Positions 20,370-30,385 of a DNA stretch of 64,000 nt are shown here, in pieces (position 1 is the first letter of the stretch; each line of letters starts with the position of its first letter). The position numbers were made by a program, and so were the translations under genes. The notes under the pieces are model-generated. The model ran no database searches, was not told where the DNA came from, and saw only the letters and a program-made list of their open reading frames with translations. The DNA is from Nitrospirae bacterium MYbin3 (lineage in GTDB: Bacteria > Nitrospirota > Thermodesulfovibrionia > Thermodesulfovibrionales > Dissulfurispiraceae): the NCBI GenBank assembly GCA_002753335.1, contig PEAD01000003.1, positions 1-64,000 on the forward strand, given 5' to 3'.

Positions 20370-21188
20370 TTATTTGACAAAATTCACTTGAGCAGGACCT
20401 CTCTGGACAGTGCGATAATACTCTACCGCCGGTTCGCCAAAGGCTATTGCATAACCGATCACATGATCTCCAGGAATACCGAGCCGCGCAGACAGGTGTG
20501 GCAGCAACGAGAGAGCAATCATAAATAGTCCGTCCCAGACCGTTCCAACTCCACTAGCATGGGCCATAAGCTGAAAGGTAGCGAGTGCTATATTAGCATC
20601 TTGGACAGGGCATGGCGAGTTCTTCGGTGCGCTTGTAAGCAGTAGATGAGGAGCACCTCGGAAAATGATGTCCTTGCTTTCCTCCTTCCACTTCTTGAGG
20701 GCCATTCCCATATATTGACCGACGAATCCTTCAGGCAGCTTGCCCGCTTCCTTTAATTCTGCAAGCCCTTTCAGCACCTCATCCCTCAGTTCAGCCATGA
20801 TCTTTGCTTCCCTGATAACGGTAAATAGAATCGATTGACTATTTACCCCGGTCGGAGCATGGCAGGCAATGGCAAGGAGTTCATCAATAAGAGATTGAGG
20901 CAGATCTTTTCCAGTATAACGGCGGACTGATCGTCTTCCTTTAATCAGGGTTTCCAGCTCATTAGGGTCTATAATATTACCGGATATTTTGGTGCTTGCT
21001 TCGGGATCTTTGCCCCAAACAGAGACTGCCCCGGTCGGACAGACGGCCAGACAGTGCTGGCATCGGATGCAATATTCCTCATTGGTTATTCTCGGGTAAT
21101 TCTCAATACAAATAATACCGGCAGGGCAATCGGCTGCGCATTCTCCGCACTTGGTACAGAGTTCTTCGTTGACCCTAAACTGAATCAT
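20370..21188 (-). CDS. Nitroreductase with N-terminal 2x[4Fe-4S] ferredoxin domain
   Basis: CTKCGECAADCP, CIRCQHCLAVCP, RRSVRRY and APTG.N.Q motifs. Confidence 0.92.
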   Translation of the reverse strand: MIQFRVNEELCTKCGECAADCPAGIICIENYPRITNEEYCIRCQHCLAVCPTGAVSVWGKDPEASTKISGNIIDPNELETLIKGRRSVRRYTGKDLPQSLIDELLAIACHAPTGVNSQSILFTVIREAKIMAELRDEVLKGLAELKEAGKLPEGFVGQYMGMALKKWKEESKDIIFRGAPHLLLTSAPKNSPCPVQDANIALATFQLMAHASGVGTVWDGLFMIALSLLPHLSARLGIPGDHVIGYAIAFGEPAVEYYRTVQRGPAQVNFVK

Positions 21189-21505
21189 AAAATTCTCCTT
21201 TATGGACTGGTTTCTCAGGGGAAGAGGGTAGTACTCAATCCTATGCTACGCAAGCCAGACCTACGTTTAGTCGTTCTGGCTTGGGAGCGGGGTTCTCTAA
21301 TTTCATTTTATCACCTGACCAGAATGATGTCAAAGTGTCAAACTGATATCTCGGTGACAATTTTAATAACTCCGAAAATATCGTGTATGCTTGTTACATG
21401 GTCTGTTCCTCCTTGAGGGTATAGGGTTTGGCGATTCTATTACTCCTCAAATATAAAGAACAGACTTTATGTTTATAAATCTTTACCGGACACTACTGTG
21501 TAAAC

Positions 21506-21796
21506 TTAAAACTTAGGCCTTTCAAAAATCTTTTTGTAGATGTCTTTTCTGTTTATGATAACCAGTATCAATATTTCATTTCTTTCGATTTTTAAAACCA
21601 CTCTGTAATCGCCGACATGTAGTTTCCAGTAGCCCTTTAGGGTTTTCCTGAGAGGTTCTCCATACTGGTGTGGGGAAATAGTTAGGCGCTGCTCTACTGC
21701 TTTTCTTATACGATTTCTCAAAGTATGATTGAGTTGTGGAATATCGACATCACGAACATCTGAATGATATCTCAGTTCATAAGGCAAAGTTACCAA
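21506..21796 (-). CDS. RelE/ParE-family toxin
   Basis: GEPLRKTLKGYWKLHVGDYRVV...RKDIY; overlaps the upstream antitoxin. Confidence 0.88.
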   Translation of the reverse strand: MVTLPYELRYHSDVRDVDIPQLNHTLRNRIRKAVEQRLTISPHQYGEPLRKTLKGYWKLHVGDYRVVLKIERNEILILVIINRKDIYKKIFERPKF

Positions 21797-22014
21797 ACCT
21801 CAACATGCTTGAGAACAGCCTGCCGATTAAGAGACTTTTCTCTGGTTTCTGCCAAATGCGCAAGCGCAATGTCTTCCTCTATTTCTAAAGCCTCCCTCAC
21901 GAGGTCGCGAACTTTCAAAGATAGAGAAATTTCATCCCGTACTGCAATGCGTTCAATAGCATCATATAAAGGCCTTTCAAGCATAACGTTAATTCTCGGA
22001 TTCTTTGTAGGCAT
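21790..22014 (-). CDS. Ribbon-helix-helix antitoxin
   Basis: MPTKNPRINVML...SLSLKVRDLVREALE; GGAGG SD; upstream of RelE. Confidence 0.8.
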   Translation of the reverse strand: MPTKNPRINVMLERPLYDAIERIAVRDEISLSLKVRDLVREALEIEEDIALAHLAETREKSLNRQAVLKHVEVW

Positions 22015-22110
22015 TACATATATACCTCCTTAAGAATACTCTTTTGTTAAACCAAGAATCCGCCAGCTTCCAAGAATTATGACTTTTGAAATTAATACTG
22101 ATTCTTACAA

Positions 22111-24492
22111 CTATGTGTTTTTTGTATAACCTAATGTTTTGTAAGCTCTGAGTCTTTTTTTATACATCTTTTGTAATACCGGTACCATGTGGTCCACATA
22201 ATCATAAATTCTGACCTCGGTTTTTCCATCATATTTACGATGAAGCCTTCCCGCATATTGCACCATTTTCCCTTTAAATGAAAACGGCATGACTAGGAAT
22301 AGGGTATCTAATCTGGGATCATCAAATCCTTCACCAATATATGGCCCCGTAGCCAGTATAAGTCTTTCCTCATCTGCCGGCACATTGGCAAGTTTCGAAA
22401 GCATCTCTCTTCGTTGTGGTGCTCTCATCCCTCCATGCAAGACCACAAGATGTTTTACCGAATCCTGAAGTAGTTCCTTTAGAAGTTCGAGATGTTCCTT
22501 TCTTTCGGTCAGTATTATCGGTGACCTATTCTCCCTTAGATTTTGTATTACATCGTCACATATCATCCTATTACGATCTTCGTCTGTTACTAAAGCTGGC
22601 CAAATAACGGTTACAGGATCGTTCTCTGCCCATTGATATGAAAAGTTCGTATGTTTTGAAATAAGCTTCTGACTGAATGTCGCTTCAGATGTTTGAGCTT
22701 TTGAGCTGATCTTATATCGTACAGGACCGCACTGCATAATGATAATCGGCTGATGCCCGTCACGCCTGTATGGGGTCGCAGTTAGTCCTGTGATGTATTT
22801 TGGATTTGCTTCCGATAGAACCCGTTCAAAAGAAACAGCCGAAATATGATGGCACTCATCAACAATAATATGGCCGTAGCCTTTTATCCTTTCATCCACA
22901 TTGCGTTGCTTCTCCAAACTCTGGATCATTGCGACATCGATAATATTTGTTGCCTTATCTTTGCCACCACCGATATGACCTATCTCTTTTATTGGTATTC
23001 CAAGAAAAGCGGATATTTGTGTTTTCCATTGGTCAAGCAAAGGCTTTCTATGCACAAGAACCAGAGTATTTGTTTTTCTTTCTGCAATAAGCTTAATTCC
23101 TAAAACAGTCTTGCCAACACCAGGCGGCGCAACAAATACGCCTATGCTATGCTTGAGCAATTCCTTAATCATTCCTTCCTGAGTGTCGGTCAAGTTTCCT
23201 TGAAAGTTAAAAATACAATGCTCGCCGGAGTTTCTTTTGTCATCAACCAATAATGCAGAACCGTTTTCGGACAATATTGCTTTTAAATCGTCTATACAAC
23301 CTCGTGGTATTGCAAGATAAGAATTTAAATCCTCTGCGCAGCAAATGACTCTCGGTGTTTGTGCTGTAGAAAAGCGCATACTTTGTTTCTTGAAAAACTC
23401 TGGGTTTTGGAATGATGCAAGCTTTTTGATACGTACAAGAAGTTGTGGCGGAAGCCCATCTCTATCGATATAAAGCCTGTTTGTCTGAACAGCATTGACC
23501 TCTGAAGGAATCACGCACGGCAATTTTGAAATAATGCGCCGCGAATTCAACTGGCTTTCCCATGGTGGACCTTCATCATCTGTCTGGCTCGACCGTATTC
23601 CCATAAGGTCTCTTGTTTTCATTGTAGAACCTACAAAAAGCTGTACCTCTTCGGAAGATATCTTTTTAGCATTTGCAAGATATGCCCATTGGTCTGCATG
23701 AGGTTTGAACTGATCATCTATGAAAACACTGTTGCCGTTTTCCCTTGGAACTTTCTGAAGAGGTAATGCTATAAGATTGCCAAATCCGCCCTTTGGCATA
23801 GTGTCCTGATTCGGGAAAAGACGATCATAGCTTTTCATGTCGAGTTGTTGTCCCTGATCCATAGTCTCTGTAATCAGAAAGATTCCCATTTGCCTTGCAA
23901 GTGCGGCCGGTACTGGATCAGAAAAGAAAATCCAGATGTGACCACCATTGCCGGAGCGTGAACGTTCAAGGTAAGCAGGAATATTGTTCTTTTGGCATAT
24001 TGTCATAAATGCTTTTACATCTTCTTGCCAGCTTTCCTTGTCAAAATCAACTGCGAGAAAATAGCAGGTTTCATTTTGTAAAAGGGGATAAACACCTGCT
24101 GTAATGTGACCGTCAAGATGGCTTCTGATAGTTTCGTCCGTCACAGGATTTAGCTGACGGTTATCACACTCACCGCATTTTACAGTAGGCTTTCTGCAAA
24201 TACCGGACTTCCACTCGTTTTCGCATACAGGTGTATAGCCTTTGGCGCCGGTCTTTTTGCTTACCCACAGTTTCGGATAAACATCATCTCTTCCCTTGAA
24301 TAGGCTTCTGAACAGCTTTATTTTTTCTGCAGGAGTTAATGTAGCTGATGTTGTTAGCGAGCTTGCTTTTAAAAGCGCATTCTGCAGTCTCTCGATTTCT
24401 TTTGTGATATGCTCGCGTTCTGCAGTAATCTCTTCAAAACGAGATTGTAGTCGTTTGATTTCAGATTCAAGTGTTTCTTTGTTAGGATTCAT
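22111..24492 (-). CDS. AEP (TOTE-type) primase domain fused to SF2 DExH helicase
   Basis: N-terminal coiled coil; F.GR.DVY, AVDFD, ERSRSGNGGH and GNLIALP (AEP); APPGVGKT, DECH, TAT and QYAGRLHR (SF2). Confidence 0.85.
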   Translation of the reverse strand: MNPNKETLESEIKRLQSRFEEITAEREHITKEIERLQNALLKASSLTTSATLTPAEKIKLFRSLFKGRDDVYPKLWVSKKTGAKGYTPVCENEWKSGICRKPTVKCGECDNRQLNPVTDETIRSHLDGHITAGVYPLLQNETCYFLAVDFDKESWQEDVKAFMTICQKNNIPAYLERSRSGNGGHIWIFFSDPVPAALARQMGIFLITETMDQGQQLDMKSYDRLFPNQDTMPKGGFGNLIALPLQKVPRENGNSVFIDDQFKPHADQWAYLANAKKISSEEVQLFVGSTMKTRDLMGIRSSQTDDEGPPWESQLNSRRIISKLPCVIPSEVNAVQTNRLYIDRDGLPPQLLVRIKKLASFQNPEFFKKQSMRFSTAQTPRVICCAEDLNSYLAIPRGCIDDLKAILSENGSALLVDDKRNSGEHCIFNFQGNLTDTQEGMIKELLKHSIGVFVAPPGVGKTVLGIKLIAERKTNTLVLVHRKPLLDQWKTQISAFLGIPIKEIGHIGGGKDKATNIIDVAMIQSLEKQRNVDERIKGYGHIIVDECHHISAVSFERVLSEANPKYITGLTATPYRRDGHQPIIIMQCGPVRYKISSKAQTSEATFSQKLISKHTNFSYQWAENDPVTVIWPALVTDEDRNRMICDDVIQNLRENRSPIILTERKEHLELLKELLQDSVKHLVVLHGGMRAPQRREMLSKLANVPADEERLILATGPYIGEGFDDPRLDTLFLVMPFSFKGKMVQYAGRLHRKYDGKTEVRIYDYVDHMVPVLQKMYKKRLRAYKTLGYTKNT

Positions 24493-24577
24493 GAATTCTG
24501 TTTGTTTCTTTACGAAGGGTGTAGCGGTAGTCTACAATTTTTTTATAGACTGTTTTTCAAATTCCATTCTTGGCGTT

Positions 24578-24853
24578 TTATGCGATTTTCACTTCAAGTC
24601 TTTTCCCGAGAGCGTGGGCGACCTTCTCCAAGGTGGACAGCTTAATATCTTCTGCATGGTTTTCGATCCGTGATATGGCGGTCTTTTTTGTTTTCAGTCT
24701 CCGGGCGAGTTCTTCCTGTGTCATCCCTGAAATCTCTCGGGCCTGCTTCAGCACTACGCCGATTTTTAACTGTTTGTAACCCTCGTCATAGCCTCCTGCA
24801 AAAACCTTGTCTCTCTTTTTTCTCTCTGTAATATATTTTTTCAGATCACTCAT
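24578..24853 (-). CDS. XRE/HTH antitoxin (HigA-like)
   Basis: LKQARE.SGMTQEELA...AISRIEN HTH; ATGA overlap with the toxin. Confidence 0.88.
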   Translation of the reverse strand: MSDLKKYITERKKRDKVFAGGYDEGYKQLKIGVVLKQAREISGMTQEELARRLKTKKTAISRIENHAEDIKLSTLEKVAHALGKRLEVKIA

Positions 24854-25206
24854 TTTCTTGCCCTCCTATGTAAATAATCTTTTTTGTATGCCTCGGCTTT
24901 TTCAATTTCACGCTGAGGTGTCTTCTGAGTTTTTTTAATCATACCATGAGTCAGTACAACAACAGAGCTTCCATCAAAGAAGCAGAATATACGATATGCG
25001 TTGGAGCCGAACTGCATCCTGCATTCCCATATATTCTCGGCGCTGACCAGCTTCTTGAAATATGATGCCGGTACTATATCGAGCTCTTCTATTAGGCTCA
25101 ACACCCAAGTTGCTTTTTGCGCTACCTTTCCAGAGAGTGAATCAAGAAACTCCTGTACAGGACACTTGTCGTCTGCAGTTCTGTAAAAGATTATTGTTTT
25201 GCCCAC
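24850..25206 (-). CDS. RelE/HigB-like (Gp49/DUF891) toxin
   Basis: FY....CPVQEFLDSL...IWECR...YRIF...VLTHG..KKTQKTP..EIEKA. Confidence 0.88.
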   Translation of the reverse strand: MGKTIIFYRTADDKCPVQEFLDSLSGKVAQKATWVLSLIEELDIVPASYFKKLVSAENIWECRMQFGSNAYRIFCFFDGSSVVVLTHGMIKKTQKTPQREIEKAEAYKKDYLHRRARK

Positions 25207-25212
25207 ACTGCT

Positions 25213-25241
25213 ATGTTAACTTGCAAGTTAACATTTGTCAA
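25213..25241 (-). promoter_or_regulatory. Sigma70 promoter with overlapping 22-bp palindromic operator for the toxin-antitoxin operon
   Basis: Minus strand TTGACA-17 nt-TAACAT; perfect palindrome ATGTTAACTTGCAAGTTAACAT at 25213-25234. Confidence 0.82.
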
Positions 25242-25368
25242 GATGTTTTTAGGGAACTTGCAGAAAATATCCGGTTTCACGAGGACTTTTATCATGTTGC
25301 TACTATTTTTGTTATTATTAAGCTCTGAAAAGTTTTTCTTGAGCTTAAATCTAAAGGAGAATTGCGTT

Positions 25369-25533
25369 ATGTGGAAAGATCCTATTGTTCAGGAAGTCCG
25401 CAAAGCCGGTGAAGAATTGGCAAAGAGATCGAACTATAATCTGAAAGAACTTTTTCAAAGTCTAAGGAATAATGAAAAGAATAGCAAGGCAAAAATTCAG
25501 ACAATTTCAAAACATGTGGTTGAAAAGAAATGA
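25369..25533 (+). CDS. Small hypothetical protein (MWKDPIVQEVR...)
   Basis: AAGGAG SD; 54 aa; ATGA overlap with the next gene. Confidence 0.65.
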   Translation: MWKDPIVQEVRKAGEELAKRSNYNLKELFQSLRNNEKNSKAKIQTISKHVVEKK

Positions 25534-26660
25534 AACATACAGATGAAATCATTGGATTTGTAAATGAGTTAAGTGATTTTTCATACGAGTTGTCATGTTT
25601 GGATTTTGTGTGGAATATATTATTCCCAGACAATAAGAAAAAATGGCAACACTTGCATATAAACAAATACAAGAATACCTTCTACATGACTCATGTTGCC
25701 GGAGAAGGTATCGGAATCGGAAATGGCAGTCAAACAATAGAGGTCTCCGGATCCTCCTATAGCTGTGGTGCAGATCATAATCATCTATCCATAGAGTGGA
25801 ATCAACTAATCACATCCGCGCGCAACTGGCTTAAATTTGTCAGGAGAGACTGGATATCAGCCAACAAACAAGTTCAATCCTGTTATCCCTTGAGTTACAG
25901 ATATGGCATTGTACCCCATACTCTTATACGAGCCTCTCTTCCTGATTGGTACCGATTGGACAAAGAACTCGGCAGGAATAAAACAGGAAAGTTTATACGC
26001 CTTATCGAAGACGGCTATTTTCATAAAGCGGAGAATACCGAAATCGCATCTTTGACAGCGGATGATTACTTTCGGTATTGCAAAATTGCATATATAGCTG
26101 GAAAACGCAAAGATGAGGAAGTGAACAAAAGTTTATCCGGTCGTGAAATGTATATTCTATATGCCGATGGCCGACACGAAGGGTTGCTGGATATAAATCC
26201 AACTTCCGAACAGGAGTTTGCTGACTGGATCGAACACACGCATCCCAATAGGAGCGTGGGCGGTCATCCATGGGAGATTAAGCGAGGCGGGAACACAACG
26301 CATATCGACCTTATGGTTTATCGTCCGTCTCCATATCAGCAAAAGGTATTTAAGATTGAACTTAGTGGAGAATCAATAGGAAGAATGGTTGAGACTATAC
26401 GTATGTTCTTGGCAATTCAAGAGGCTAATCTGCCCATTGCCATAACTGATCCGGAGGGCGTTCGCAAAAGGCTTCTTGCTCAGGACAATATTGGAATTGT
26501 TCCATCTTACGCCTCTTTGCATCGGGCAAAACAGGATTTCGGCAAGGATAAAGTGGTGTATGACGTCATGTACTATGATGATTTGGGTAGATTTAAGCGT
26601 AGAATAACCCCTTTTGTGACATGGGAACCATTGCCTATCCTTAAGCCAAAAGATGCATGA
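25530..26660 (+). CDS. Hypothetical protein, 376 aa
   Basis: Long ORF coupled to the upstream ORF; no family recognised. Confidence 0.8.
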   Translation: MKHTDEIIGFVNELSDFSYELSCLDFVWNILFPDNKKKWQHLHINKYKNTFYMTHVAGEGIGIGNGSQTIEVSGSSYSCGADHNHLSIEWNQLITSARNWLKFVRRDWISANKQVQSCYPLSYRYGIVPHTLIRASLPDWYRLDKELGRNKTGKFIRLIEDGYFHKAENTEIASLTADDYFRYCKIAYIAGKRKDEEVNKSLSGREMYILYADGRHEGLLDINPTSEQEFADWIEHTHPNRSVGGHPWEIKRGGNTTHIDLMVYRPSPYQQKVFKIELSGESIGRMVETIRMFLAIQEANLPIAITDPEGVRKRLLAQDNIGIVPSYASLHRAKQDFGKDKVVYDVMYYDDLGRFKRRITPFVTWEPLPILKPKDA

Positions 26661-26725
26661 ACAGGCCATTATGAAAGATATCCACGAAATCATATATTCC
26701 AATATCAAACAATTGTGAAGGTGGA

Positions 26726-29398
26726 ATGATGGGTATCTCAGGTCATCAACTTGAAGCAACTGTCATGCCGGATCGTTCCATACAGCTCGAATGGAACGAT
26801 GCTCCAATACATGAAAATAGAAGCAGCAAGCTACTTGAACAGGAGTTTTACCAACGTTTCTTAATTGATAAGAACAGAGCATTCCTTTTTCTTGGGTTAT
26901 CGGACCTGACAATTCCACTCTCACCGTCACTTGAGTACTGGCGTGAATTCTGTGGACTCTATTCCAAAAAACTCAGGTTGACGCCGGATATCGAGAACCT
27001 CCGTCACAACACGAAGATACAAATTGAAGACCAAGAGCTTGACAGCATATTTGAAAGCGCCCCCTTAATGATCGGCGCCGAATATTTGAGCAGAGAAGCT
27101 CTGAGTGAGGTTTGGGAGGGTATCAACAGCGCATTTAAAAGCGAGATAAAAGATTATCACGGCACAGTTCAAGAGTTTATTAAGACATACAGCCCTGACA
27201 TGCATTTGGTTGGCCGCGTATTTTTTCACCTTGTTGAGAGTAAAAAAGAGGACTATCCGTTTGCCTTTGTCGCAACATATTCCACCGGTTTGAATAATCA
27301 AGGCTTGTCCAAACATATGCCTTTGAAACACGCATTAGAGGAGTTTAAGGGTGACCGCCATAAATTGCTCGAACTTCTTGTTACAGTACACCGCGCGGCA
27401 AAACAAAGTCAGCTTATTGCAGGTCTCCTTGAAAGCGGAGATATATTCCATCCTCTAGCGTGGTCAGAGCGTGAGGCGGTTATGTTTCTTAAGGAAATCC
27501 CGTTTTATGAAGAATCAGGTATTTTGTGCAGAATCCCTAACTGGTGGAAAGGGAGATCCTCCGGAGTGCGAATAAATATCAGTGTTGGTGGGAAGGCACC
27601 GTCCTGTTTGGGTATGGGTGCTCTTTTAAGTTTCGATGCCTCTTTGTTTTTGGAGGACACTCCAATTACAGAGGAGGAGGCGAGATGTTTACTACAGGCA
27701 TCGGAAGGACTTGCCTTTATCAAAAACCGCTGGGTTGCGGTTGATCCCGAAAAGCTGCGTCAGACGCTTTCGGCTTATGAAAAAGCAAAAAAGCTAAGCC
27801 AAGAAGGCGAGTTCACGCTGCGGGATGCCCTCCGCATGCAACTGAATCCGAGACTGACACTGCCTTTTGATGTTCCGGCTGATGCACTAACCATAAATAG
27901 TGGCGACTGGCTGGCATCGCTTACGAGCAAACTGCGGAGCCCAGAACTTATGGATGCTCTTACTTTAGGGGATGGTTTTAAGGCAAAACTTAGGCACTAT
28001 CAGCAAAATGGTGTAGCATGGCTTTCCATTCTTGACTCACTCAGACTCGGCATCTGTCTGGCTGATGATATGGGCCTCGGCAAAACAGTTCAGATACTGG
28101 CATTGCTGCATCTGATTAAGAGCAGAGGAGAACAAGGCGCAAGCCTTCTTGTCATGCCTGTTTCCCTTCTTGCCAATTGGGAAAGCGAGATTAAACGCTT
28201 TGTCCCTGATCTGAAATTTGTTATCGCCCATCCCAGTGTTCGGGATAGATTTATGGGGGAACTCAAAAATCCCGATGCAGTAAAGAAATTCGACCTTGTG
28301 ATAACCACTTATTCTCTTATTAAGAAATATGAGTGGCTGCAGTCGCATAAGTGGAACTATGTGATTCTGGATGAGGCTCAGGCGATAAAGAATCCATCGG
28401 CTGGACAGACAAAAGCTGTTAAAAATTTTCACTCGAAAAACAGGATAGTTATGACCGGCACACCTGTAGAAAACAGCCTCTCTGATCTATGGTCTCTCTT
28501 TGACTTTATAAACCCCGGACTTCTCGGAAGTGCGAGGGAATTCTCTGACTTTACAAAAAGCCTAAACAAAGACCACGGCGGTTACGCACGGTTAAGGAAA
28601 GTTGTAACTCCATATATTCTTCGTCGCCTAAAAACAGACAAGACAGTTATATCCGACCTTCCGGAGAAGGTCGAAATGAAGACCTATGCGTCATTAAGCA
28701 AAAGGCAGCTTGTGCTTTATGAGCATATGGTTAAGGATCTAAAAGAAACCATTGCAAAAACAGACGGCATAAAAAGAAAGGGACTGATCCTTTCGGCTCT
28801 CATGAAGTTTAAACAGCTCTGTAATCATCCTGACCATTATTTAGGCACAGGTGGGTTCGAGGAGGATGAGAGCGGAAAGTTCCTCAGGTTGCGTGAGATT
28901 TGTGAAACAATATACGAAAAACGGGAGCGAGTGCTTGTCTTTACTCAGTTCAGAGAAATGACAGAGCCGCTTAGGGTCTATTTGAAAGGCCTCTTTCACC
29001 ATGATGGCTTGGTGCTGCACGGCGGCACACAGGCGGGCAAACGCAAAGATATTGTTGCCAGATTCGAGGCTTCCGACTATATGCCCTTTATGGTGCTATC
29101 GCTTAAAGCAGGAGGTGTGGGGCTTAATCTTACGGCAGCAAATCATGTAATTCATTTTGACAGGTGGTGGAACCCTGCTGTAGAAAATCAAGCCACAGAC
29201 AGGGCGTTCAGAATCGGGCAGAAAAAAAATGTGCTGGTTCATAAATTCATTACAAAAGGCACTATAGAGGAAAAGATAGATATGATGATTGAAGGAAAGC
29301 TTAAGCTTTCACAGGAAGTCATTCAATCCGGAAGCGAGGCTTGGATTACAGAAATGAGCAACGAAGAGATTATAAAGCTCTTTAGCGTCACGCTTTAG
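26726..29398 (+). CDS. SNF2/SWI2-family helicase-like ATPase
   Basis: LADDMGLGKT, DEAQ, TGTPVEN, GGVGLNL and QATDRAFRIGQ motifs. Confidence 0.95.
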   Translation: MMGISGHQLEATVMPDRSIQLEWNDAPIHENRSSKLLEQEFYQRFLIDKNRAFLFLGLSDLTIPLSPSLEYWREFCGLYSKKLRLTPDIENLRHNTKIQIEDQELDSIFESAPLMIGAEYLSREALSEVWEGINSAFKSEIKDYHGTVQEFIKTYSPDMHLVGRVFFHLVESKKEDYPFAFVATYSTGLNNQGLSKHMPLKHALEEFKGDRHKLLELLVTVHRAAKQSQLIAGLLESGDIFHPLAWSEREAVMFLKEIPFYEESGILCRIPNWWKGRSSGVRINISVGGKAPSCLGMGALLSFDASLFLEDTPITEEEARCLLQASEGLAFIKNRWVAVDPEKLRQTLSAYEKAKKLSQEGEFTLRDALRMQLNPRLTLPFDVPADALTINSGDWLASLTSKLRSPELMDALTLGDGFKAKLRHYQQNGVAWLSILDSLRLGICLADDMGLGKTVQILALLHLIKSRGEQGASLLVMPVSLLANWESEIKRFVPDLKFVIAHPSVRDRFMGELKNPDAVKKFDLVITTYSLIKKYEWLQSHKWNYVILDEAQAIKNPSAGQTKAVKNFHSKNRIVMTGTPVENSLSDLWSLFDFINPGLLGSAREFSDFTKSLNKDHGGYARLRKVVTPYILRRLKTDKTVISDLPEKVEMKTYASLSKRQLVLYEHMVKDLKETIAKTDGIKRKGLILSALMKFKQLCNHPDHYLGTGGFEEDESGKFLRLREICETIYEKRERVLVFTQFREMTEPLRVYLKGLFHHDGLVLHGGTQAGKRKDIVARFEASDYMPFMVLSLKAGGVGLNLTAANHVIHFDRWWNPAVENQATDRAFRIGQKKNVLVHKFITKGTIEEKIDMMIEGKLKLSQEVIQSGSEAWITEMSNEEIIKLFSVTL

Positions 29399-29449
29399 CT
29401 CTATGGTAAACTGCCTATTATCAAAATCACAAAACGGAAAGGGGACTTA

Positions 29450-30364
29450 ATGGGATGGTCAAGATACAATAGATATTCAGGGTTTCCTGAATATGTTACC
29501 GTAGGTGAGAAAAAAGCAAAGGCAGAAAAGAAGCTCAAAGAGCTATTGAAGAAAAACCCCAACGCAAAGCCGGTGCTTATTAAGGGCAGCGCAATTGCTC
29601 GGACATGGTGGGGCAAGGCTTGGAATAAAAATCTCGAACAGTACGCCGATTACAGCAATCGCATAGGTAGGGGCCGAAGCTATGTAAGGCACGGAGCTGT
29701 ACTTGACCTTCAGATTGCCGCAGGCTCTATTCAGTCGTTGGTGCAAGGTTCATCCTCAAAACCTTATTCTGTAGAAATAAAGATAACTCCGCTAAACAGC
29801 GGTATCTGGCAGACCTTGATTTCGGAGTGTCAGGGAATGATTGATTCAATACATGAACTTTTCGCCGGAACTTTTTCCAGCGAAATTGGAAACCTTTTTA
29901 TACGCAAAGAAGCCGGTCTTTTCCCTGCACCAAAAGAGATCAGATTTAACTGTTCCTGTCCTGACTGGGCGGATATGTGCAAACATGTGGCCGCAACACT
30001 GTATGGGGTGGGGGCAAGGCTTGATGAGAATCCTGCTCTGTTTTTCGTTCTTCGGAATAAAGAGATGGATGAACTTATACACAGGGCGGTGCTGGAAAAA
30101 GCAGAGCGTCTGATATCAAAAACTCCGAGAAAAGGCGCGCGAATTATTGAAGATGCAGATATTTCTTCAGTATTCGGTATAGAGATGGAAGAAACAGTAT
30201 TGGCCGTAAAGCCGCTTACTGATAAGGAAAAAGAAAAAAATGCACCTATCAAAGTGAAGGCAAAAAACATAAAAAAGAAGAAAAGTGTCATTTCAAAAAA
30301 CAGTACAACAGCAAAAACAAAAAAATCTACTAATAAGAAATCTAAAACGCACCTAAATGCCTAA
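29450..30364 (+). CDS. SWIM zinc-finger protein
   Basis: NRIGRGRSY; CSCPD...CKH (CxC..CxH); Lys-rich tail. Confidence 0.92.
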   Translation: MGWSRYNRYSGFPEYVTVGEKKAKAEKKLKELLKKNPNAKPVLIKGSAIARTWWGKAWNKNLEQYADYSNRIGRGRSYVRHGAVLDLQIAAGSIQSLVQGSSSKPYSVEIKITPLNSGIWQTLISECQGMIDSIHELFAGTFSSEIGNLFIRKEAGLFPAPKEIRFNCSCPDWADMCKHVAATLYGVGARLDENPALFFVLRNKEMDELIHRAVLEKAERLISKTPRKGARIIEDADISSVFGIEMEETVLAVKPLTDKEKEKNAPIKVKAKNIKKKKSVISKNSTTAKTKKSTNKKSKTHLNA

Positions 30365-30385
30365 AAAATAGGCATTTAGGTGCGT
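30347..30385. repeat. 17-bp perfect inverted repeat, probable terminator between the SWIM gene and the convergent tRNA
   Basis: ACGCACCTAAATGCCTA-AAAAA-TAGGCATTTAGGTGCGT. Confidence 0.75.

Noticed and set aside
20229..21505. attL duplicate of the tRNA-Pro 3' end, or IS ends bounding the islet
   Set aside because: No copy of the tRNA 3' sequence, no transposase and no convincing terminal inverted repeats were found.
22111..24492. Type III restriction-modification system
   Set aside because: No methyltransferase nearby and no recognisable C-terminal nuclease motif; the N-terminus carries AEP primase motifs instead.
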